Below are positions 11,516 to 20,683 of a stretch of 64,000 nucleotides of DNA, piece by piece. Source of the DNA: an uncultured delta proteobacterium (GTDB lineage Bacteria; Myxococcota; Myxococcia; Myxococcales; Myxococcaceae). Numbering within the stretch: the stretch's first letter is position 1; every line of letters starts with the position of its first letter. The notes beneath the pieces were generated by a model. That model saw nothing but the letters and a program-made list of their open reading frames with translations, was not told where the DNA came from and did no database searches. The DNA lies in assembly GCA_963771175.1 (NCBI GenBank), contig CAVYSY010000003.1:1-64000 (forward strand), written 5' to 3'. The position numbers and the translations under genes were made by a program.

Positions 11516-11668
11516 GGGGTCTCTGACTTCGCCAGGTTGCCAAAGGACGCACAGCCCGGGGGGAGCGAGCAGCTCGGCGCCGGGAACGCGCGGCTTGCGT
11601 CCCGGGTCGCGGGCGGATAACCCGGCGGCGTCTCTCCTGTTCGTGCTGACCGGCTCCGGAGATCCTCC

Positions 11669-12265
11669 TTGCCCGCTGCTCCCGTCATCCAGCCACGTCC
11701 CACCGTCCTGGCGGACCTGGTCGCCCGCACTCGCGTCCATGACATGGTGGCCGTGCTCGGAGCAGCCCTGTTCACCGCGCTCCTCTCGCAACTCGCCGTT
11801 CCGGTGCCCGGCTCCCCGGTGCCCATCACCGGCCAGACGCTCGCGGTCGTGCTCTCCGCCGCGGCGCTCGGGCCGGTGCGCGGCATGTTCGGTCAACTGG
11901 CCTATGTTCTCATGGGCGCGGTGGGACTGCCGTTCTACTCGCGGGCCGCCAGTGGCTTCGAGCACGTCCTCGGGGCGACCGGCGGCTATCTGGTGGGCTT
12001 CATCCCGGCGGCCTTCCTCGTAGGGCTGGCCGCGCGCCGTGGCCTGGACCGGCACCCGTGGAAGGCCCTGCCGCTCTTCATCGCCGGCCAGTTGGCGATA
12101 CTCGCCGTCGGCGTGCCATGGCTTGCCGTGGTGGCCCGGCTCGACGCCGCCACGGCGTTGGAAAAGGGTTTCCTGCCGTTCCTCCCGGGCGCGCTGCTCA
12201 AGGCCGCCATCGCCGCCACGCTGATGCCTCTCCTCTGGCGATTCGGGCGTCTCCGCGAGGCATAG
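11669..12265 (+). CDS. bioY: Biotin transporter BioY
   Basis: PVPITGQTLAV, GLPFY, GATGGYLVGF, GFLPFLPG. Confidence 0.92.
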   Translation: MPAAPVIQPRPTVLADLVARTRVHDMVAVLGAALFTALLSQLAVPVPGSPVPITGQTLAVVLSAAALGPVRGMFGQLAYVLMGAVGLPFYSRAASGFEHVLGATGGYLVGFIPAAFLVGLAARRGLDRHPWKALPLFIAGQLAILAVGVPWLAVVARLDAATALEKGFLPFLPGALLKAAIAATLMPLLWRFGRLREA

Positions 12266-12556
12266 ATACTCCTTGATGTCCTCTGGCTTTTTAAAATCAG
12301 CGGCGTCCTGGCCCTGTTCTTCGCGGCGGTGACGGCACTGGAATATTGGAACGTGTGGCGGCTGAAGCGCCAATCGAACGAACACTCCGATTGAGCCGCG
12401 AGGGAGTCCGCATGTTCCCCTTTCGTGGGACTCAGGAGTCCGTGCGCCGGGCATCGGCCGACGGCACGGTGAGGGCGGCGAGGCGCAGCAGCTCGTCATC
12501 GGCGAGCTGCTCGGTGGCGAGCACGGACGGGTCGGCCTTCATGGGCTGCATGTGCC

Positions 12557-13187
12557 ATCGCGGATGACAAGGAACGAATCGCGTTGGTGCTGGGTGCGAC
12601 GGGTGGAATCGGCGGTGAGACGGCGGCCGCCCTGCTGGCCAGGGGATGGAAGGTGCGCGCCCTGCATCGCAAGCCAGAGGCAGGTGGGCGGCACGCGGGG
12701 CTCGAGGCCGCGGAGTGGATCCGCGGGGATGCGTTGCGCGCCGAGGACGTCATCCAGGCCGCGCGCGGCGCTGACCTGCTCGTCCATGCGGTCAATCCCC
12801 CTGGCTACCGGGACTGGGAGAAGCTCGTGCTGCCCATGCTGGAGAGCAGCCTCCAGGCGGCCCGGGAGGCCGGCTCCCGCCTTCGCGCGCTTCCATTTCG
12901 GCGGCCACTGGTTGGAAGACGGCGGGGAGATGGGCCGGAGCATTCAACGAGTCCTGGGCCACCCCACCCCGTCGATCCGCCGGATGCCCTGGCCTCTGCT
13001 GCGGCTCGCCGCGCCCTTCAACGTCACGCTTCGCGAGCTGCTGGAGGTGCGCTACCTCTGGCAACACCCCGTCCGCCTCGACAACACGCGCCTGCGCTCC
13101 TTCCTCGGCGAGGAGCCGCACACGCCGTTGGATGTCGCGGTGCGCACGACGCTCGCGGCGTTGGGTTGCGGCGCGAGACTGGCCTAG
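12557..13187 (+). pseudogene. NAD-dependent epimerase/SDR pseudogene with central deletion
   Basis: ALVLGATGGIG...HAVNPPGY N-terminal part joined out of frame at ~12873 to the C-terminal part FHFGGHW...LDNTRL; no intact start. Confidence 0.8.
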
Positions 13188-14008
13188 AACTCATAGCGCA
13201 GGTGACGGACCAGGTTCCGATAGAACGGCAGCCGGCCCATCATCCCGTGCATCGCCCTGGAGAACCCGCTCCTGGCCAGCCGGCTCACCAGGTCGGGCAT
13301 CGTGAGGAACGGGACGTCCTCGACGAGGTGGAGCTTGGGCACCTGCTTCTCGAGGTCGTGTGGATCATCGACTCCCCAGACGAGCTCGACCTTCGCGCCA
13401 CCTACCGTCGCCAACCGGGAGACGAGGCGCACCATCGGCCCGCTGTAGCCGTCGAACGCGAGCTGCCCGCTCGGGAACTGCTCGGTGATGCGCCGGAGCA
13501 ACGCCGTCCCGTCCTGCTCGTGCAGGTACATCATCAGGCCCTCGGCGATGACGAACACCGGCGTGTCTCCGGGGATGGCGTCGAGCCAGGAGAGATTCGT
13601 CACCGAGGAGCCAATCTGGCGATAGCCGTCGCGCTCCGGATACAGCTGCTCGCGCAAGGCGATGACGTCAGGAAAGTCGACGTCGTACCAGCGGACCTTC
13701 GGCCCCGGGTCAATCCGATACACGCGGGTGTCGAGGCCGCAGCCGAGGTGCAGCACTGTCGACTCAGGATTCGCGGCGAGGAACGCTCGCGTCCACTGGT
13801 CGAAGTGCAAGGCCCGCATCGGCAGGGTGATTTCGCCCCCGCTCGGGAGCTTCAAGGCCTTGAAGTCGTAGTCGATGCGCGCGACGGCGTCCGCCGCGAA
13901 CCGGTCGCCGAGGATGGGATGCTCGGCCGCGGCGTCCAGCGCCTTGCCGTACAGCGTGGCGAGGTACGTCTCCTTCTCCTTCGTCAGACGAACCTTCTGC
14001 TCTGCCAT
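13184..14008 (-). CDS. Class I SAM-dependent methyltransferase (LCM/TcmP-like)
   Basis: TLYGKALD, VLHLGCGLDTR, WYDVDFPDVI, IAEGLMMYL. Confidence 0.9.
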   Translation of the reverse strand: MAEQKVRLTKEKETYLATLYGKALDAAAEHPILGDRFAADAVARIDYDFKALKLPSGGEITLPMRALHFDQWTRAFLAANPESTVLHLGCGLDTRVYRIDPGPKVRWYDVDFPDVIALREQLYPERDGYRQIGSSVTNLSWLDAIPGDTPVFVIAEGLMMYLHEQDGTALLRRITEQFPSGQLAFDGYSGPMVRLVSRLATVGGAKVELVWGVDDPHDLEKQVPKLHLVEDVPFLTMPDLVSRLARSGFSRAMHGMMGRLPFYRNLVRHLRYEF

Positions 14009-14288
14009 TGTCGCCTCCGGCCGCGGTGCGCGGCCCGGGGAGCGAAGCAATCCTCATCTCCCTGGTCAAGCAGCTGAAAGCCAGCTCGCCGCGGTGGGTG
14101 AAGGTGCCGCGGCGAGCGCATCGGACGGGCTCCGGGGCGTGAGGTGCAGTGCCTGCACAGGGGCGACGCAAGAATTTCCTTGGGTGTCGACCCGGTGCAA
14201 ATCCTGCGCGGACGTGGGGGAAACGGCTGACACGGGACATACGACATGCCCTGGCCGGAGCCTTGCAGTCGCCCTGGGTGAGCCCACC

Positions 14289-15407
14289 ATGCGTATCGTC
14301 CTCGTGCTCCTCCTCGTCTTCCACGGCCTGCTCCACCTGCTCGGGTTCGCGAAGGCATGGAAGCTCGCGCCTGTCCCGGAGCTCACGGGCGCGACGCTGT
14401 TCCCGCTGCCGGAGTCCCTCTCCAAGGTCATCGGCACCTTCTGGCTCCTCGCCTGCCTGGTGCTCCTGGGAGCGGCCGCCCTGGTCCTGGTGCGGAGTGG
14501 AGTGTGGTGGCTCGTCGCGACGGTGGGAGTCCTCCTCTCGCAGTTGCTCGTCATCTACTCGTGGCCCGATGCGAAGGCCGGCACGGTCGCCAACCTCCTT
14601 CTTGCCATCGCGGTGCTCGTGGCGGGGTCCGATGCGCGCTTCCAGCGGGAGACCGACGGCACGGTGCGGGCACTCCTCTCGGGGGTGCCCACCTCCTCCT
14701 CGGCCATCGTGACGCACCAGGAGCTCGAACCGCTGCCCACCCCCGTGCGCCAATGGCTCGAGGCGTCAGGAGTGGTCGGAAAGCCGCGCCCCCGGACCGT
14801 ACGGCTGAAGCAGCGGGGGTTGCTGCGCACATCGCCGGACCAGGACTACATGCCCGCGGTGGCTCACCAGTACTTCCGCACGGACGAACCCGGCTTCGTC
14901 TGGCGCGTCCGGGTGAAGATGATGCACGTCCTCCCCGTCGCGGGACGTGACTCGTACCTCGATGGCAGGGGCCGGATGCTCATCAAGGCCGCCTCCCTCG
15001 TGCCCGTGGTCGACGCGGCGGGCGAGAAGATCGATCAGGGAACGCTCCTCCGCTTCCTGGGCGAGATCGTCTGGTTCCCGAGCGCAGCGCTCAGCCCGCA
15101 CATCCGGTGGGAGGCCATCGACGCGACGTCAGCGAGGGCCACGATGACCTACGAGGGCGTTACTGGCTCCGCGGTCTTCTCGTTCGACGAGCGTGGGCGC
15201 TTCGTCAGTATGAGCACGGAGCGGTATATGGGCTCCGGCGCAGACGCCAGGCTCGAGCGCTGGTTCACCCAGGCCACCGAGTGGCGGGAGATGGGTGGCG
15301 TGGTGATCCCGGTCCAGGGCGACGTCATCTGGAAGCTCGCGAGCGGCGACTTCAGCTACTACCGGTGGGAGCTCACCGAGCTCGAGTTCGATCCACCCGA
15401 GCTGTAA
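14289..15407 (+). CDS. DUF6544-like membrane-anchored protein
   Basis: 4 N-terminal TMs (HGLLHLLGF); LPTPVRQWL, PGFVW, RFLGEIVWFPSA. Confidence 0.8.
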   Translation: MRIVLVLLLVFHGLLHLLGFAKAWKLAPVPELTGATLFPLPESLSKVIGTFWLLACLVLLGAAALVLVRSGVWWLVATVGVLLSQLLVIYSWPDAKAGTVANLLLAIAVLVAGSDARFQRETDGTVRALLSGVPTSSSAIVTHQELEPLPTPVRQWLEASGVVGKPRPRTVRLKQRGLLRTSPDQDYMPAVAHQYFRTDEPGFVWRVRVKMMHVLPVAGRDSYLDGRGRMLIKAASLVPVVDAAGEKIDQGTLLRFLGEIVWFPSAALSPHIRWEAIDATSARATMTYEGVTGSAVFSFDERGRFVSMSTERYMGSGADARLERWFTQATEWREMGGVVIPVQGDVIWKLASGDFSYYRWELTELEFDPPEL

Positions 15408-15526
15408 AGGCATAAGCATCAGAAAGATGGGAGGCCGGTTGAAGGACGAGGGCCGGAAGCGGCAGTGCCGCTCGGCCCTGCAATGTATTTCGGCGGAGCC
15501 TTTGACTACCGCGCCAGTCTCCGTGT

Positions 15527-18007
15527 TCAGTCCAGAAGGTTCGCCAGGCCCGCGTACGTATTGGGTCCGGGGATGCCATCAATCGGGCCAGCGTAGCCGC
15601 CTCGGCTCGCCAGGGACTGGAGCGTCTTATAGGTATTGGTTCCCGGTACCCCATCGATGGGCCCCGTGTACCCGGCGCCACTCAAGAAGGTCTGGAGGCC
15701 CCTCCACGAGTTCACCCCCAGCACGCCGTCAACGGGGCCCATGTACCCGCCCAGGCGCGCGACCCGCTGAAGCGCCGCGTACGAGTTGGTCCCCATGACG
15801 CCATCAATGGGGCCCGTGTAGCCAAAACCTCGCAGAACGGTCTGCACGCCCTTCCAGGAGTTGGTTCCCATCACCCCGTCAATAGGACCTGTGTAGCCGC
15901 CCTTCGCCGCGAAACGCTGAACCCCCTTCCACGAGTTGGTTCCCATGACGCCATCCACGGGCCCCGAGTAGCCGTAGCCGCTGAGTACCTGCTGGACTCC
16001 CTTCCACGTGTTCGTGCCGGGGACGCCGTCCACGACGCCGGTGTACCCGCCTGCTCGAGCCACCCGCTGCAGCGTCACCCCCTGACTGTTGGTGACGGGA
16101 GGCACACCGCCGCCCGACCCGTCCAGGTACGCCTGGATCCCGTTATACGTATTGGGCCCGGGGATGCCATCGATGGGACCCGTGTAGCCACCGTCCTGGG
16201 CAAGCAGTTGCAATCCCTTGTAGGTGTTGATGCCCGGATCGCCGTCGACAGGCCCGTCGTAGTACCCCAGCCCTCGAAGGACTTTTTGCACCCCGAGCCA
16301 GGTATTGACACCCGGGACGCCATCAACGGGGCCTGTGTAGCCGCCCCTCTGGGCCAGCTTCTGCAGGATGATTCCCTGCTCGATGGTGATGGCGGGATCG
16401 CCGCCGCCCGAGCCACCCCCGGGGATGGCCGTCGGCGGGGGCGGAGTCGCGCCATCCGGTGGTTGAGACAGCCCGGTGAACGCAGACAGCTTCGCGACAT
16501 TCAAATCGAGAGGAATTCCATTCTGGTTGCCGGACGAGGTGTACTGATGAATCTCCCACGACGGAAAGGCCGCCCCGATCGTCGGATTGCCCGGCGTGCC
16601 CGTGTAGTGGGCGATCCACAGTTTTGACCCCACTGCCTTGGTCTGGGTCCAGGTGTTGGACGTGAGCAGGCTCGAATAGGTGTACAGGAACGGGGCCTTC
16701 CCCAGGCGGGTCTTGACCGCTTGCATGAAGGTCGCGGTCATCGAGTCGTTCCAGAAGATGCCATCGTCGATCGCCTCGTTGTCGAGCACCAGGAGGTCGC
16801 CGGGCCGATGGTCATACAGGTGGTCCATGAAGTACTGGGCGTCCGCCGCGGGGTTGGTGGAGCCCGCCACCCAGTAGTGCCCGACAATCAAACCGGCTGC
16901 GCGGGCCCGGGCGACCTGCTGGGCATAGTACGGCGCGACGTACAGGGGTGAGACATTGGATCCGCCTGCTTTGACGATCGCGAACTGATAGCCGGCACCG
17001 CGAATGGCGTTGAAGTCCAGATCACGCTGGGTCGTGCCGACATCGATCCCGTAGACACCGCTCATCCCTGCCGGTGGAGGTGTCCCGGGGTCCTGGGCCA
17101 ACCAGTTGTTGAGGCCAAGATAGGTATACTGTCCCGGAAACCCATCCACAGGTCCCGTGTACCCGCCCAGCTGTGCGAGCCTCTGGACCCCCTTCCAGGT
17201 GTTCTCACCCGGGATGCCGTCGATGGGGCCGGAGTAGAAGCCACGGTTCGTGATGACGGTCTGAACGCCCTTCCACGTATTGACCCCCGGTACACCGTCC
17301 ACCGGACCCGTATATCCACCCCGCTGGGCAACGCGCTGGAGGGTCTTGCCATCCTCGATGCTGACCTGGATTCCCCCGGAACCACCACCGGTGCCGGTAC
17401 CACCGCCCGATCCAGTGCCAAGCACGTTCCGGATGAGGGGAGCGGGATCGCTGACATTCTCCCCAAACGCACAACGATCCGTGGAGCCTCGGGTCATGTG
17501 GAGGTGCGGCCCGGTCCACGCCGACCCATGGTCATCCCCGTAGCTTGCCGCATAGGCAATGATGGCACCCTGCTGGACGTAATCTCCCACGGAGACGCGT
17601 GTCCGGATGACGTGGGCGTACCCGGAAAAGTCACCTGGCGCGGACTCCACGGCGATGGTGTGTCCCACGATGGATGAGTACTGGATGCGGCGGACGATGC
17701 CAGAGCGCAGCGCGGGAATCGCTTGACCGCCACCGGCGGCAATATCGAGACCCCGGTGACCAGCGGGGCCGTAGTAGGGGCCCGTGACTCCGAAAAGGGT
17801 GTTCCACTGTCCTTCCGCATAGAACACTTGCACATTGGACGGAGCGGCGAGCGCTCCTTGTCCCGTGACAGCGTCAAGGCTCCCGCCTTGCAGACCCTCC
17901 GGCTCCATCCCACCACAGCCAGTCAGGGCCGCCATGCCCAACACCAGCGTCACGGCGGCCGAGAAGACACTCCGGAACAAGCTTTTTGAATTGGACCTGT
18001 TGTTCAT
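15527..18007 (-). CDS. Lipoprotein peptidoglycan hydrolase: M23 peptidase + GH25 muramidase + 13 wall-binding repeats
   Basis: Lipobox LTGC; HRGLD and HLH; GID, LDNE, HQYTS; YxGxxDGxxG repeats. Confidence 0.9.
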   Translation of the reverse strand: MNNRSNSKSLFRSVFSAAVTLVLGMAALTGCGGMEPEGLQGGSLDAVTGQGALAAPSNVQVFYAEGQWNTLFGVTGPYYGPAGHRGLDIAAGGGQAIPALRSGIVRRIQYSSIVGHTIAVESAPGDFSGYAHVIRTRVSVGDYVQQGAIIAYAASYGDDHGSAWTGPHLHMTRGSTDRCAFGENVSDPAPLIRNVLGTGSGGGTGTGGGSGGIQVSIEDGKTLQRVAQRGGYTGPVDGVPGVNTWKGVQTVITNRGFYSGPIDGIPGENTWKGVQRLAQLGGYTGPVDGFPGQYTYLGLNNWLAQDPGTPPPAGMSGVYGIDVGTTQRDLDFNAIRGAGYQFAIVKAGGSNVSPLYVAPYYAQQVARARAAGLIVGHYWVAGSTNPAADAQYFMDHLYDHRPGDLLVLDNEAIDDGIFWNDSMTATFMQAVKTRLGKAPFLYTYSSLLTSNTWTQTKAVGSKLWIAHYTGTPGNPTIGAAFPSWEIHQYTSSGNQNGIPLDLNVAKLSAFTGLSQPPDGATPPPPTAIPGGGSGGGDPAITIEQGIILQKLAQRGGYTGPVDGVPGVNTWLGVQKVLRGLGYYDGPVDGDPGINTYKGLQLLAQDGGYTGPIDGIPGPNTYNGIQAYLDGSGGGVPPVTNSQGVTLQRVARAGGYTGVVDGVPGTNTWKGVQQVLSGYGYSGPVDGVMGTNSWKGVQRFAAKGGYTGPIDGVMGTNSWKGVQTVLRGFGYTGPIDGVMGTNSYAALQRVARLGGYMGPVDGVLGVNSWRGLQTFLSGAGYTGPIDGVPGTNTYKTLQSLASRGGYAGPIDGIPGPNTYAGLANLLD

Positions 18008-18086
18008 ACGGACGATTGTCGAGGCGTCCGTCGCGAAGTTGCGCCCGGATTTCCCAGATTCTTGGGAGTTCGGGAGGCGCCCGAAG

Positions 18087-18890
18087 CTACCCGCCGGTCA
18101 CCTGGATGTTGTAGGCGACGTCATTCGACTCGGCCTCGCGGATCCACGCGATCACCCCCTCCACCAGCGCTCCGGGGTGGAGGATGAGCTTGCCCAGATT
18201 GGCCACGACCTGGTCATGCGCTTCGATGAGGGGCCCCCATTTCTCCTGAGGCAGCGGCGCGAGGAGCTCGGCCAGCAACCAGGCTCCCTCGCGCGCGGCG
18301 TCCATCGCGAAGTTGAACACCGCGTCCTCCCCGTCGGGACTGATGGCCTCGAGGCGCTTCAAGCGGGGAGAGACCTCGCCGAGCTCCACTTCAATCACGG
18401 CGACGAGCCGCGACAGGAGGGTGTTGATGCGGTGGAAGTCCTCCTTCAGCGCGGCCAGCTCCGGGCCAGGAGCCACGGTCGCCGCGGCGATGCCGAGGTC
18501 CAGGTTGATATGGGCATTCATCCCCAGCAGCAGGTGCTGAAGGATCAACGGGGAGTCCTGCTCCAGGGCGTCGAAGGCCATCTTCCACGACTTCGTCGGA
18601 GTGCCACCAGAGGACCAGATGTTCCAGGCAGCCAGGAAGCGGCTGGCGAAGACCACGTCCAGCCGCTCCATGCGGGCGTTGTCCTGGAAGACATTGCCCG
18701 CGATGATCGCTCGCCTCACGTTGACGGTGACCCGCTCGTAGAGCGCGGTGAAGTACCCGATGCGCGAAGGATTCCGCAGCGACTGGTCGATGATGTCATT
18801 GGCCTGCTGGATGACCTCGTCGATAGTCGCGGGCGGAGCGGGAGACGGAGACTGGGCGGGAGCAAGGGACGGAGAGGTGGACAGGGCCAT
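18087..18890 (-). CDS. DUF5995-like protein
   Basis: FTALYERVT, LDVVFASRF, LLLGMNAHINLDL. Confidence 0.8.
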   Translation of the reverse strand: MALSTSPSLAPAQSPSPAPPATIDEVIQQANDIIDQSLRNPSRIGYFTALYERVTVNVRRAIIAGNVFQDNARMERLDVVFASRFLAAWNIWSSGGTPTKSWKMAFDALEQDSPLILQHLLLGMNAHINLDLGIAAATVAPGPELAALKEDFHRINTLLSRLVAVIEVELGEVSPRLKRLEAISPDGEDAVFNFAMDAAREGAWLLAELLAPLPQEKWGPLIEAHDQVVANLGKLILHPGALVEGVIAWIREAESNDVAYNIQVTGG

Positions 18891-19023
18891 GGATCTCGAT
18901 AGCACGGAATCAAGGAGCAGGCCGCTTGGTGTTGAGGCTTACGCCGCCACAGAGCCAACAGGTCCAGGCTCCTGTCGCGCACCTCATGGGAGGGCGGCCT
19001 GGGCAGGCGTGTGCCCAAAGGGG

Positions 19024-19074
19024 GGACGGGTCTTGTCAAATGCTCCGAGTACCGCGGGCGGGAGTCGAACCCGC
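19024..19074 (-). repeat. att-like direct repeat overlapping the tRNA-Leu(CAG) 3' end
   Basis: Matches 9769-9819 except for one T-loop base. Confidence 0.92.
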
Positions 19075-19124
19075 AACCTCTGCGTTCTGAACGCAGCGCC
19101 TCTACCAGGTTGGGCTACCGCGGC
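19050..19124 (-). tRNA. tRNA-Leu(CAG)-like, short variable loop, no encoded CCA
   Basis: GCCGCGG TA GCC CAACCTGGTAGA GGC G CTGCG TTCAGAA CGCAG AGGTT GCGGG TTCGACT CCCGC CCGCGGT A. Confidence 0.88.
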
Positions 19125-19127
19125 ATG

Positions 19128-19201
19128 TGCCGAAAGCGGGAGTCGAACCCGCAACCTCCAGACTCTCGTTCTGGCGCCTCTACCAATTGGGCTACTCCGG
19201 C
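19128..19201 (-). tRNA. tRNA-Leu(GAG)-like, atypical (C33, short variable loop)
   Basis: GCCGGAG TA GCC CAATTGGTAGA GGC G CCAGA ACGAGAG TCTGG AGGTT GCGGG TTCGACT CCCGC TTTCGGC A. Confidence 0.8.
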
Positions 19202-19225
19202 GACTGGGACTGCTGGACTGCGAAG

Positions 19226-19297
19226 AGCGGTCGGCGGGAGTCGAACCCGCGTTCTCCTGAGTGGCGCTCAGGGGCCTCACCTCTCGGCCACGGCCGC
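19226..19297 (-). tRNA. tRNA-Gly(GCC)-like, atypical (G32/C33/C38, C5-A68 mismatch)
   Basis: GCGGCCG TG GCC GAGAGGTGA GGC C CCTGA GCGCCAC TCAGG AGAAC GCGGG TTCGACT CCCGC CGACCGC T. Confidence 0.72.
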
Positions 19298-19310
19298 GTG
19301 GATGACCCGG

Positions 19311-19350
19311 AAAAGCAAGAGGCCGGGTCCCCTCTCGGGAGCCCGGCCTC
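19311..19350 (-). terminator. Intrinsic terminator/attenuator hairpin upstream of the tRNA array
   Basis: GAGGCCGGG-CTCCC-GAGA-GGGGA-CCCGGCCTC followed by TTGCTTTT. Confidence 0.85.
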
Positions 19351-19387
19351 CACTCACCGTGCCTCGTCTGGGACGAGGACGCGGAAG

Positions 19388-19537
19388 TCAGAGTCCGGGC
19401 GGTCGACCGCGAAGCGACTCGAGGCCGAGCAGGACATCCAGGGTGGTGGCCAGACCGTTGCGCGAGAGCGCATCGATGCCAGTGTCAACGTCGTTGAGGT
19501 GCTTGGGGTTCATCGGGCTCTGCTTCGTCACCGTCAT
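19388..19537 (-). CDS. Putative attenuator leader peptide (49 aa)
   Basis: SD AAAGGAG; MTVTKQSPMNPKHLNDVDTGIDALSRNGLATTLDVLLGLESLRGRPPGL; its 3' end is complementary to the terminator 5' arm. Confidence 0.65.
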   Translation of the reverse strand: MTVTKQSPMNPKHLNDVDTGIDALSRNGLATTLDVLLGLESLRGRPPGL

Positions 19538-19611
19538 GGTCACCGCTCCTTTCATCGAGAAAAGACGCGGCCGGAATTCGTTCCTGACAGGCGACAGCGC
19601 TCGCACGCTCC

Positions 19612-20681
19612 TCAAGCCGCCGTCAGCCGCCCGCTGCGGTACAGGAGCACGAGGAACAGCGGCCCGCCGAGGAGCGCCGTCACCGAGCCCACGGGAAGCT
19701 CCTTCCCGAACAGCGGGAGGGCCAGCCGCGCCAGCAGGTCCGCGAGCAGGAGGAACGCCGCGCCCCCGAGCGCGGAGAGCGGCACGAGCAGCCGCTGGTC
19801 CGGCCCGAACACGAGACGCAGCAGGTGGGGGACGATGAGCCCCACGAAGCCGACGAGCCCCGAGAGCACCACGGCCCCCGCCACGCTGACGCTCGCGGCG
19901 AGCAGCAACGTCCGGCGCGTCCAGGCCACGGACACGCCGAGCGAGGCCGCGTCTTCATCGCCCAAGGAGAGCAGGTTGAGCCGCCCCGACAGCGCCGAGC
20001 ATCACGCCGATGGCCCCCACCTCGAGGAGCGCGCTCAGCACGAGCGTGTGGAGGTACTCGTAGCCGAGGTTCCCCACGAGCCAGTAGAGGATCGCCTCCA
20101 GTTGGGTCGGATTGGAGAGCGTCTTGATGAGGGTGATGACCGCGGAGGCGAAGGCGTTGAAGACGACGCCGATGAGGAGCGCCGCATAGGGCGTGCGGCC
20201 ACCATGGCCCCGGCTGACGACGAGCACGAGGAGCATGGACGCCGCGGCACCGAGGATGGCGAAGAAGGCCGGAGCGGAGCTGCGCGCCAGCATTCCACCG
20301 AGCCCAGGAGCCACCTCGCCCACGGTGGCGAGCCCCAGGGCCACCGCGATGGTGGCGCCCAGGGCCGCGCCACCCGAGACGCCGAGCACGAAGGGGTCCG
20401 CCAGGGGGTTGCGCAGCACGCCCTGCAGTGTGGTCCCGGAAGCGGCGAGCCCCGCGCCGACGATGGCCGCCAGCACGGCGCGTGGCAGGCGGACGGACCA
20501 GAAGATGCTGGCGTCCTTGGACCTGGGCCCCTCGAAGAAGGCGGCGTGAAGGGGAGATGGACTGATCTCCAAAGCGGACGGCCAGGACGAACGCCACGAG
20601 CAGCAGGACGAGGAACGCCCCGCAGAGCCCGAGCGCCCACCCCGGAGTGAACGGCCCCCTGCCTCTGCCCGGCTCACGCAT
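19612..20681 (-). CDS. FecCD/BtuC family ABC permease (frameshifted)
   Basis: VRLPRAVLA, LRNPLADPFVLGVSGGA, GFVGLIVPH, ELPVGSVTALLGGP. Confidence 0.9.
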
Positions 20682-20683
20682 GC

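Larger units (their letters stand above)
9820..19023. mobile_element. Degenerate genomic island integrated at the tRNA 3' end; no integrase seen
   Basis: Flanking 51-bp direct repeats containing the tRNA T-arm and acceptor strand; mixed-orientation accessory cargo and a pseudogene. Confidence 0.75.

Noticed and set aside
12266..12556. Integrase or IS remnant in the island
   Set aside because: No recognisable recombinase motif or terminal inverted repeat
15527..17340. Periodic DNA repeats as a non-coding array
   Set aside because: They encode the peptidoglycan-binding repeats of the hydrolase
19050..19300. Recurring GCGGGAGTCGAACCCGC as a CRISPR repeat
   Set aside because: Each copy is the T-arm of a cloverleaf; no cas genes nearby
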